A stretch of DNA of 64,000 nucleotides from Macrostomum lignano (taxonomy: Eukaryota), in the NCBI GenBank assembly GCA_002269645.1, contig NIVC01002309.1, positions 62,001 through 126,000 of the forward strand, read 5' to 3'. The stretch's first letter is position 1; every line of letters begins with the position of its first letter. Position numbers and translations under genes: made by a program. The notes beneath the pieces are model-generated. The model had not been told where the DNA came from. It searched no databases and saw nothing but the letters and a program-made list of their open reading frames with translations. Below, one piece after another: positions 23,293-33,774 of this stretch.

Positions 23293-24551
23293 CTAAATCG
23301 CAGACACCTGGCCGCCAGCCCGCATTCAACCAACCGTTGCCAGACCAACTCTAACCGGAACGGGTTCTCCGGGTGCAGCCCGCTCTGATTGCACATACAC
23401 CTGTGCGCCAGCATGCCTTCGTCATAAGCCAGTGCCGTGCTATTAGGCGATGCAGATGCACCAGTAGCATCCCCCGAGTCTCGACTATGAACATCTTGAT
23501 CCTCGGCGTCAACTGGTTCATCTTCGATAATTTTCTCTTCGCGAATTAACGAACTGGAATCCGAAACGCTTGAAGCTGCGGCACCAGCACCAGCTACCGC
23601 GGCCAGTAATGGCGGGAAGGCTCCGCTAAAAGATTCCGCTACAGTAGATTGGATAGAGGAACCAATATTGCTGCTTGAACACGAAGCTACTGACCCAGCT
23701 GCAGTAGTATTACTATTAGTAGCATCGTCTGCCGATCCTGCGCGATGCAGCACTTTATTGCGTAACTGAGCTTTCACGGCTGCAGACTTTGCTTTTAATT
23801 GCTGCTGCTGCTGAGGATTAGTTGCTGTTGCAGATGGTGGCGGAGGAGGCAGAAGCATCGGTAGAGGGGCGGATCGAGTCCTACTCAACTGTTTATCATG
23901 AGCTGCCCGACGTCGGGGCAGCGACTCGGCTGGCCGACACAAGCCGGAAGCGGCGGCCGCTACTAAACCGGGAGCTCCGATCATTGAACAGCAGATACCG
24001 CCAGACTGTCTGCTGCTTTTAGAGGCAGATGCGGTGACGGATGCGGCAGTGTTGGAGGAACCACTGGCTGACGCTGCTGCTGCAGATGCCGCAGCAGCAG
24101 CCGCCGCCGCGACGGCAAAATAATGAGCGCCAGATAGATTAGGCAGAGAAGCGTGATGAAAGCTCTGTTGCTGTTGCAACTGTTGCTGCTGCTGTTGTTG
24201 AAGCATCATCTGCTGCTGCTGCTGCTGCTGGTCCAGGCTGCCACCGCCGCTGCTGCTGCCGCCGCTGCTGCCACCTCGTTCGAGAAAATATCGAATTCTT
24301 CTCTTAGCCGATCGGTCTAACACGCCCGAGCCGCCTCTGTGATGATGATGGTGATGATGATGCTGCGGTGCCGGGTGATGATGCGGATGCGGATGCTGCT
24401 GACTACGATTGTGATGATGATGATGCAGATGCTGTTGAAGCCGCAATGCGGCTGCTCGAACTTTTAAATTCGGCTCCGAGTTGGTCTTGCGCAGAGGAAA
24501 GTCGTCTTTGGACAGAGGGGAGCCCGATGGCAGAGGGAAAGTGTGCTGCGC
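23293..24551 (-). CDS. HDAC4: Class IIa HDAC, coding exon 2 (14-3-3 sites, His/Gln/Ala tracts, start of catalytic domain)
   Basis: DDFPLRKTNSEPNLKVR (cf. HDAC4 RKTASEPNLK), SLPNL, LSRTRSAPLP, then TALAYDEGMLAHRCMC....HPENPFRL..VWQRL.ECGL. Acceptor ccacccgcag|GCG, donor AG|gtttgt. Confidence 0.93.
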
Positions 24552-24639
24552 CTGCGGGTGGGGAGGGGACAATTAAGGTCGAGCGTTTTTTTTACGTTGC
24601 TATGAGTGACTAACTGGACCAATTGAAGACACTGATTTT

Positions 24640-24975
24640 TCTAAAGTTCTCTCTTGACCAATCAGAGACTGCTTAAATCTTTTTAACAGTACTCTCCTGA
24701 CCAATCAGAAACTGCTTAGATCTTTTTACACTTATCTCCCCTGACCAATCAAAGACTGCTGAGATCTTTCTTAAGTTCTCTTCTGACCAATCAGAGACTA
24801 CTTAGATCTTTTTACACTTCTCTCTCGTGATCAATCAGAGACTGCTTATAGATCTTTCTAAAGTTCTCTCCTGACTAATCAGAGACTGCTTAGATATTTT
24901 AACAGTTCTGTCCTGACCAATCAGAGACTGCTTGGATCTTCTTACGCTTCTCTCTCCTGACCAATCAGATAACAG
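24640..24975. repeat. ~39-bp degenerate minisatellite with TGACCAATCAGAGACTGCTTAGATC core in HDAC intron
   Basis: About 8-9 copies of TGACCAATCA. Confidence 0.85.
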
Positions 24976-25011
24976 AAACGTCAATGAAACAACTAGCCAA
25001 TCAAGTCTTAC

Positions 25012-25422
25012 CTGCCATTGACTTGGCGGCGAACCGGCCGATTCAAAGCTACTCTGAGGCGAAGCCCATTCTGGTGGAGAATTTGACTGTTCTCTAATTT
25101 TCTGTTTACTCAATATGACCTCCTGCAGTTTCTGGCGAACTTGCTGATGCGATATGGCCGCCGCAGACGCGGATGTACCAGAAGTCGACGCTGTTGTAGA
25201 CACTGCGGCAGCTGCCGATGAAGCAACAGCAGTTGTAGTCTCATCGAAACTATTCTGCCTAGGAAGCATGGGAGGTCGGACCCTTTCAGCGGCAAAGTTA
25301 ATACTAGAAAATGGATTCACAGCTTGCTGCTGCTGTTGCTGCTGACATAGGACATTGGATTGAATTGGAGCAGCATCAGATTGGCTGGAGCTTGACCGAG
25401 AATCAGGTGGCAGAGTGTTCAT
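25012..25422 (-). CDS. HDAC4: Class IIa HDAC, first recognisable coding exon (MEF2-binding motif)
   Basis: SAAAISHQQVRQKLQEVILSK resembles the HDAC4 MEF2-binding 'SAVASTEVKMKLQEFVLNK'. Donor CAG|gtaaga at 25012. ATG at 25422 follows a candidate acceptor ttgttag| at 25439. The start is uncertain. Confidence 0.85.
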
Positions 25423-27766
25423 TCCATGAGTGAAAATTACTAACAAGATTCGATTAAAACATACCCAAAGTTATATGAAATAGTCAATAGATTTAAATAA
25501 ACATTACAAAATAGCTGTGATGTTTTAATTTTAGTGAGTTACTTTCAAAAATATGTACATTAAATTAATTTAAGGATGCTAATATGATTACTAATCATTA
25601 AAGTTTTTAAGCTTGGAACTAAAATGCCAAATGCAACTGCAATTTAGATGCTTATTAAAAAATTAGAATAAATCATTATAATGACAATGCCTAATCAAGA
25701 CCTTGTAGCTAGCAATATGCCTAAAAAACTGAAACTGATATTTTAATCAACTAGCTCTAGTTTACATAAAATTTAAAACATAACCAATAGGAACTATTAT
25801 ATTTTATTAGGATATTTCTAGGCAAATTATAAAAAATTTTTAATAACCAAGACTTTATAAACCTAGCCATTTATTTATAAAAACTAAATAACATATAGAT
25901 ATAGCATATAGTCATAAATCTTAGTTCTAAAAAATCTCAAATATGTTATCATCTAACCCCTAATATGCTTGTAGCATACTGCTAATAAGTGATAACTTAA
26001 ACATTCACTTATCATTTTGTATTTCTTCACTATATAATAACAAATGATAAACAAACTACTGCCATTGGATTTAATATCATTAAAAGTTAAAGGTTCTTTA
26101 TAAGAAATCAATTGTTAGGATATAGAATATAGAAAATTAGATATGACAAAAGATATAGATTTGGAAAGATTTTCGTTAGTATTGGTTTGGTTTGGTTATA
26201 TTATTAAAAAAACTATAACACATATTTATACAGAAAAAATTAGTACAAGAAAGCTTTTTACTTATATTGAATTTTAATATATATATTATAAATAAAGTAA
26301 TATCTACAAATGATTTAATTTAATATACAACATAAAAAAATACTTTTTAATATAAAATAGGCCTAATAATATATTTTTAGGCTATTTTATATTTTTATGT
26401 CAATTTGTTATATAAATAAAAACAATATGGATGAACCAAACTTATTTAACTTAAATAACCTATTTAATTTCTAATATAATTTTTTTTATTGCTGCAAGTT
26501 AGGTATATTTTAAGGAAAAAAGGCTTTTTATAGGCATATAATAATATTAATTTATAAATACTTAAAGGATAATCATTTTCTTATTATTGCTTTAGTATTA
26601 AAAACCAAAAACAATTTACAACACTCCAAATAATATTGGACAATTTATAAATAGGCCTAAATCATAACTGGTAGTAGTACTTATAGGTCTAGTAATATAA
26701 TGCCAATGACAATGGTTAGTATATATATAACTTATAAGTGACATTAATACATATAGATATGCATATTTGCTAAAAATGCATTAGACCCTAGGCCTCTATG
26801 ATGCTATCAGTTAAGGTGGCCCTGACAAAGGCCATTTTAGCAAAAGCAGCGCCATTTTATAATAAGTCTGCACTCTTTTTCTTTCCTTGCCTCTACCAAG
26901 TTCAAGCCATGCCACTGCTAAGTTCCTTGCCAAAGAGAGTGCTGTCTCTGTAGGCCTACCATTGCCATCATACCATTACCACTTCATCGCCATAGCCTAT
27001 TAGCTATTTATCACCATTATTGTTGCTTGCTGCAGTGTCCAAAATACCATAGTTCTGGATTTAGCATCAAATCAGGCCCAGTTCTACTCTTTTATTGCCA
27101 ACTAGAATCTATAGCAAGCGAGCTTATAACCAAATAAATAATTGCTAAGTCTGAGTGCTACTGCAACAGCTACACCAATTGCCTCAATTGTTATTGTCTT
27201 TGTCATTTAATCTGAAGACTATTGTCATAATCATCACACTAGTATGCCAAAATAGATAGAAAACCTATTTTAGCATACTAAGTATAAAGAACACCTGCCT
27301 ATATGCCATAGTTGGGATTATATCAATATATTAGTGTATGCTGGGTTTAATGCCAGAAAAGACCTTATTTGTATGCCGGGTTTTTGAGCCAATATAAAAA
27401 AATTGTCATTGACACAATGTTTCCACTATGTTATGTACACTAGGATATAAGCTGATATATGCCAAAAAATGGCAAGTAGGCCTACCTTGTTGTATGCCGG
27501 GAAATCCCAATATAGGCCTACATGTTGCTTTCCAAACTATGGCCAATATGGCCAATATAGGATATAGGCTAGGCCTACATATGCTTTGTTGCAATCTATT
27601 AGTTGCATTAGGACTATCTTATTCAAGTTTTTGATATTGCATTCATTAGCCCATACTTTTAAAAATCTGTGGTATATAGGACCAATACTTAGTTATCTGT
27701 TAGGCCTATCTCACTTATATCAGTAATAACTCAGAACTCAGAACCTAATTAATAGGACATAGCCAG

Positions 27767-28636
27767 TAGAGCTGTCAAAATTAGAGATTTTATTTGAGAC
27801 AAGATTTGAGACGAGAAAGGCTTATAAGTCGAGAATTTCGAGATGAGACAAGACAAAGTAAATCTAAAAAATAAATTTCAGAATTGCATCTTGTCTTGCT
27901 CTTATCTTGCCTTATCTTGTCTTAAATTTCTTGATAAGATACAATTCTAAAATATATTTTTTAGATTTTCCAGAATACTTTCTTAATTCTAGTTTAAATT
28001 CTTTGCTATTTATTCATAAGAATTTATGCTTGTAGCCATACATGCGCAACCTAGGGATTCACCCGGCCGTTTCTATTGGCAACACACACATGTAAGTTGC
28101 TATTGGCTGAGAGCATTCACGTGACTACTATTCTGTCCAATAGCGACTTACATGTGTGTGTTGCCAATAGAAACGGCCGGGTGAATCCCTAGGTTGCGCC
28201 CAAGCATGCTTGTAGCATATAGGCCCTTGGCCCTACTATGTCTATTACTAATTCGTCAAAAGACCTGTGTAGATTGTCTTCAAGTCTGTTATGATACACC
28301 TTGCTGCAGAACTAAAATGATAACTAAAAGAGCGCATATGCAATGCAAACTCATATATAATGACATTCGTTAAATAACTGCTCGACATTGGCTAGATTTT
28401 ACCATTTGAAAATTGCCCTATCATGTGTGTTACAACAAACAGTTTTATTTATATGAAAATTTGCTCCCTTTTTTATATCTTATCACTTAAAAGCTTTTGA
28501 AAAAAGGTATTAGAAAAATTCTAATTCTTGAATCTCGTCTCGAATTTCTGGACGAAATTCGAGATTTCTCGAGACGAGAAAAAATGTCGAGATCTTGTCT
28601 CGAATCTTGTCTCGTTGAGATCTCGTGACAGCTCTA
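27767..28636. mobile_element. hAT-type MITE with TAGAGCTGTCA TIRs and GAGAC(G/A)AGA subterminal repeats
   Basis: TIRs are TAGAGCTGTCA (27767) and TGACAGCTCTA (ends 28636). Perfect 8-bp TSD ATAGCCAG at 27759-27766 and 28637-28644. Confidence 0.92.
28044..28199. other. Near-perfect 63-bp-arm inverted repeat (hairpin) nested in the MITE
   Basis: Arms 28044-28106 and 28137-28199 differ at one position. The loop is 30 nt. Confidence 0.95.
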
Positions 28637-29019
28637 ATAGCCAGTCAACTCACTCACTAGTATAAGTTGCACTTTAAAACAAGTCTGGTATTATTGCCAA
28701 TTTTGAAGTAGGCCCTACTGAAATACTGAAGTTGGGAATCTAATTTCTAAGCATATTGGCCTATATAGAAAAAAACAAATAGCAAAATGCTATACTAACT
28801 TTAGGCCCCTACTCTAGATTTTAGTCTTACTAGTAAGAGTCTTACTTAGTCATAGGAGGGAAATATCGAGAAATTAGGAAGAGAAAGAGAAATTATGTTT
28901 GAGACAATACAGTAATAGGTCTAATTATTCATAAACCCATGTTAGACTCAACAGCACTTGAGTCTAATAAAATAAACATAATAAACATAAGTATAAAATA
29001 ATACTTGATTCATCTCTAA

Positions 29020-29815
29020 TAAAATGACGAACAAACCGAGTTTTGCTTCTGATAAGGATCTGTTAAAAACTTGCCCGACCATGGTCTTGCCTTTCTATGG
29101 CAACTGCTCTAACCTATTGAAGAAGAAAATTGAGAAAAGCTTCCATAAATTCTTTAACATGCCTATTAAGATTGTTTTCCGCACTGCTAAGCAGCTAAGG
29201 TCGGCCAATACATTAGTAGACTGAAATCCCATGTTCCTCTTGCTCTGGCGGCAGGTGTTGTGTATAAGTTCTCTTGTTCTGTTGACCAGAACATTACCTA
29301 TATAGGTAAAACTAAAAGGCACTTGTACACCACAGTCAGAGAGCATTGGTTAAAAAGGTCGGCTATCCAAGACCACCTGCTCTGTTGCAACAGTTGTTGC
29401 GAAATTAAGCAAACTCAGCAGTTTAAAATTATTAATCGGTGTAGAACTGATTTTAGGCTCAACATACTTGAATCCATGTACATTAAAGACCAAAAACCTA
29501 ATCTGAATATTCAGCTCTCCCATAGTGGTGCAGGCCATTTGCTCAAGGTATTTCTAATCTAAGTAAAGGCACTAGTCTGAACAATGTACTTGCAATCTAT
29601 GCTTAACATTTTTTGGAAAATTCTGCCTATGACATGCCCTTTGGACTGTACAGTTAACATTTGTTCACTTATAAAGTTGTTGTGTGAGTTAAAAATACAC
29701 CAGACCCTGAAGATGGTCATTGTTGGACAGAAACGCGTCGGAAAAAAGAATTTATTATAATCTATGTTGATTTTAACTTTTGTATTTCTCTGCCTGCTAA
29801 AGCGTGCTACCTTAC
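29020..29815 (+). mobile_element. Penelope-like element, 5'-truncated 3' fragment (linker + GIY-YIG endonuclease, frameshifted)
   Basis: VLPFYG...KIVFRT linker, then (VPLALAAG)VVYKFSC...YIGKTKRHL....REH...SAI.DHL..C..C...FKII......LNILES.YI....PNLN, the typical PLE GIY-YIG. Followed by a hammerhead motif. Confidence 0.88.
29705..29741 (+). ncRNA. Minimal type I hammerhead ribozyme motif of the Penelope-like element
   Basis: CC-CTGAAGA-TGGTC(ATTGTTG)GACA-GAAA-CGCGTC-GG. It has core CUGANGA and GAAA, palindromic stem III ACGCGT and a GUC cleavage triplet. Stem II has a bulge and stem I only 2 bp. Confidence 0.75.
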
Positions 29816-32493
29816 CTCAACAGCACTTCTCCGTCACGCCTCGTTCTCTCTATACAGAAATACAGTCCTGGACAAGGACAAGGGACAACCAAGTAGGCAT
29901 CAGTAAAAACCACCATTAAAAATAAAAAAATAAAAAAATTGTATTCGATTTTTGTCCTACTTTCGCAGCCCCTTTGTGGCAAAAGTAACGTCTAATTTTA
30001 TAAGTGTAAATAAAATACTGTAAATAGCATTATCAAGAAGCTTTAAAATATTTAAAAGCCACTAGTTAAAAATAACCTTGTTATATTTTGATATTCTGCG
30101 AAAAAAGTAACAAAATTTAAACGTACCGTTTCATTGCAGCGTTAATCATGCGGGTCGTTCTCAAAGCTAGGTCACAACTTTTTGTTATTGCAAAAAAAGT
30201 TTATACATCGACCAATAATCGTACAAAAAAAATTATTTCGACAATTTCTGTAAGAAGCTGCTACTAAAACCACAAGAAAACTTGAAATTGAGAAGAAATC
30301 AAGGCTATTTGTTATTCTTTGTTGCGGAAAATAAACGACAAAAATATTAAAGAGAAAATAAAATTTTCTTCTATTTTTATTTTAAATATGCAGTTAAATT
30401 TCTTTTGCAAAAATAAAAGAACAAGAAATTGACAAAGGAAATGTTTTTGAGCACAGCATTTTGTTACTCTGCTCTAAATCCCAGACATTTAAAATTATCG
30501 TGTGCGAAAAAGTGCGAAATTATTATAGCATGCACTCGAAAGGACTTCGATCAGTTTAACTAATCACTGAATTAAGAAGTCTAAATAAGTCTTGAAAAGT
30601 TGAATTAAAAATCAAGTTTTCACTATGTATCTTTTCAAAGTCAAGATGATTCGACAAATAAAGAATGTTCATTTTTACGGTGAATAGAATTGTTCATTTT
30701 TACATTAAATATAATAAAATCTAACTAATAATAGAAAAAGTCAGGGAACTATCCTTGAACACCAAAAAGCACATTGTGGATTTAATATCAACTGCATGTT
30801 CCTTAATAAAGGAATTCGGATTCTAGTATATATTTGATTATTTGTAGCATAATTTCTGAAAACTATAACTTGCTTGATTTTACTTTAAGTACTTATTACA
30901 TTAATACTTATACCAAAGCTGCATGTACTTAAAATAAAAAATTATAGTTACTTATTAGACATTTTACTCCAATTAACTTAAAATAATTCAAATTTATTTT
31001 AATCAATTCATTTTTTGAAACTTTTTGGAAAATAGACAAAATTGAATTATTTAATTACCAAAAACCTACTAGCTTAACTAAAATAGCAGTTAATCTTTAA
31101 AAAAAGATTTCACTTGTTAATTGAGAAAAATGAGGGTGTGCGAGGTGTAAAAATGCGAAAGAGCATGCAGGAAACAGAGACAAACAAAAATGTAGGTAAA
31201 AGACACTGCACATGCACATAATATGATAACCAGACATAATGCGCACACTGAAACACCAGTAGCAATGACGCCCAAGCTTTTGATGATCACAAGCGAAAAG
31301 GCAAAACCCAGCCATCAATCAAAGAAGTAGACTATAGCACGCATCTTGAGTGCATCACGCATTTTTTGCAGAGAAGCTCGAAAATTAACATTGTATTCTG
31401 TGCACAACCACCAACTGCGACAGGGTCTGCCGGGGGATTTGTGGGCACGCGGTCGCGGATACAAATCGGAGGAGTCGCTGACCATTCTGAAATTACTAGC
31501 TAGTACATGTAATTTTGTGTATTAATATATTTAGCCCGCTTTATTTCTATGCTCTCGTCCGCCTCTCGTTAATGCATCCCCAGACTCATGGAATAATCAA
31601 ACTTATGATCGAACTATGCATGGCTTCCGTCCCTCGCTTTGAATCTCTCACCTCCCCATAGTTCCATCAACCTTACCGTAGTGGCTTCCTATGCAAAAAT
31701 CATCCCTCCGCATCTTACACAGGCTACTTCAGGCTGTAGACTGTACTACACTATTAATTAGTTGCGCTAAGGAATCTACATGTATTTTGCTCGCAGCGCA
31801 ACGCGCTGCTCAAAGAAGTTTAGATCTATCTAGATATTCTAGTAATTTCAGGTTTGTCCATAGACTAGAGCTCATGAGATGAGAATTCCATTAACTAGTA
31901 CATTTAATATGAATGAACTGCGTGTGTGTGTGCTGTGCATACATATGTATAATATACGAGTAGTTTATGGGCCAAATTATTGTGTGGCACAATTCTTGGC
32001 ATCACTCAGCAGGCACAAGATGCAGTTAAGCAGCGCACGAAAATTCTACAAAAGAAATTGAGCCTGGTTGAGGTGATGCGAGGAGGCAGATCCACACAAT
32101 CTCAGTGAATACACCAGACTGCACCAGATACGAGTCCAGTCGAATGTGCGCACTGGTCTAAGCAGCACACGCATGTCCTTCTGACAATGACGGCACCTAG
32201 CTTCGTCCAAGCCTTTGCCAGCGTCACTGACAGCGTCAATACTACCATGCAGTGCCACCTGCAGCACCGACAACGGCAATTCCTCCAGTTAGCCCACAAC
32301 AGTGGCTAAACTGAGGGACATGGAACCTACCCGCAGAAGACACACACATACACACACAGCACCGGCAGCAGCACTCTGACAGCATAACCTAAAGCTCCAT
32401 GAGCTCAGTTTTCAAGCATTGAAGAAGCAGAAGCAGTCATCTTGAATCCAGGGATCAGGAAGAGTGTTGCATGTCCGACATGTGCTGTTTCCG

Positions 32494-33774
32494 CAGTGTT
32501 GGGCACTTCCGTTACCGAGTAACTTGTAAATGGTAACGCAAGTTACTTTTTCGTAAAGCGTTCCTTACGCAAGTTACTTTCCTATTTTGGTAACGGAGTA
32601 ACGGTAAGTTACTCAAATTTCGGAAGTCCGTTACAGTTACTTTGCAACAATCGCAATATTTAAATTTAAAACTGATATGCTTAGCTATTACTCTAGTTGT
32701 CACATTTTTAGCATTTTTCATTCCTAAATTCAAAACTAAGTGAATAATATCATACGGTATTACGCTGTAATTAATAAAGAAATACTTGAAACATGTTTTT
32801 ACTTTGTTATTTTCGGTAAAATATTTTTGCTTTTCGTTTTTAAGTTAATAAAAATATTTTGTTTAGTTCTTAGAAACAAAAAACCAAAGAAAGAAATTCA
32901 TCTGTAGTCTCCACAAATCCACTCAGTGATCGACGTAGCCAGGAATTTTAATTGGGGGGGGGGGCGGGTTGGCCTGGCTGGCCATGCCTCATGCCATTGC
33001 CACTTTTAGCGCCGCAGGCACTCATTTTAGCGCCGCAGGCACTCATTTTAGCGCCGCAAGCACTCATTTAAGCGCCGCAGGCACTCATTTAAGCGCCGCA
33101 GGCACTCAATCGCCTCATGGTTTTTGGTACCCGCCACGCCCAACCCCACCCCCCCCCCAGGTGGGGTGTCTTGCAGGTGGGGTGAAGTTGCCGCCCCAAC
33201 GATTGTTAAGGCGGCCTCCCTGGCTACACCACTAAAGTCCACTGGCACTGCACTGCACTGCACAATAATTTAATATTAATGATAATAATTGAAAATAAAT
33301 AAAAAGACTAGTAAAGCAGACTATAGAGTGGAGTAAAGCCAGGTACTTATTACGAGCGATGTATTATCAAGGCCAACTGAAGTTACGTTAAGTTGTCCTT
33401 GTGTATTATAACTTATAATGTTATTAAAAATTAAATTGCGTTTTGCCTTTAACGTTTCTGACCTTCAGCTTCTTTTCTTTTTACGGAAAGGGCCTAAAGA
33501 GATTAAAATTTAATACAGTTACTGAAATTAATGTTGTTTTATTCTTCCTCCTGGCTTTCGCGATCATTTGTGCTGTTCCAGCGCATTTGCAATGTTAAAA
33601 AAGCAGAAAATTTTGTTAATAACATAGGTAACGGAAGTAAGTAACGGAAGTAACTTAAAAGTTACCGGGTTTTTGTATAAAGTTACTAGGCTAACGTAAG
33701 TTACTTTTTGAAAAAGTGGTAACTTGAGTTACAGTAACGCAAGTTACTTTTTTTGAGTAACTTGCCCAACACTG
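32494..33774. mobile_element. hAT-type MITE with CAGTGTTGGGCA TIRs and GTAAC/GTTAC subterminal repeats
   Basis: TIRs are CAGTGTTGGGCA and TGCCCAACACTG. Perfect 8-bp TSD TGTTTCCG at 32486-32493 and 33775-33782. Confidence 0.93.
32923..33234. mobile_element. Nested small MITE (CAGTG..CGTAGCC / GGCTACACCACT ends) carrying a 21-bp tandem repeat
   Basis: TIRs are degenerate. Flanks AAATCCAC / AAGTCCAC match 7 of 8. Internal (CGCCGCAGGCACTCATTTTAG)n at ~33005-33105. Confidence 0.65.

Noticed and set aside
31097-32480. Short ORFs in a moderately GC-rich stretch
   Set aside because: No recognisable domain, stops in all frames, and no consistent splice structure.
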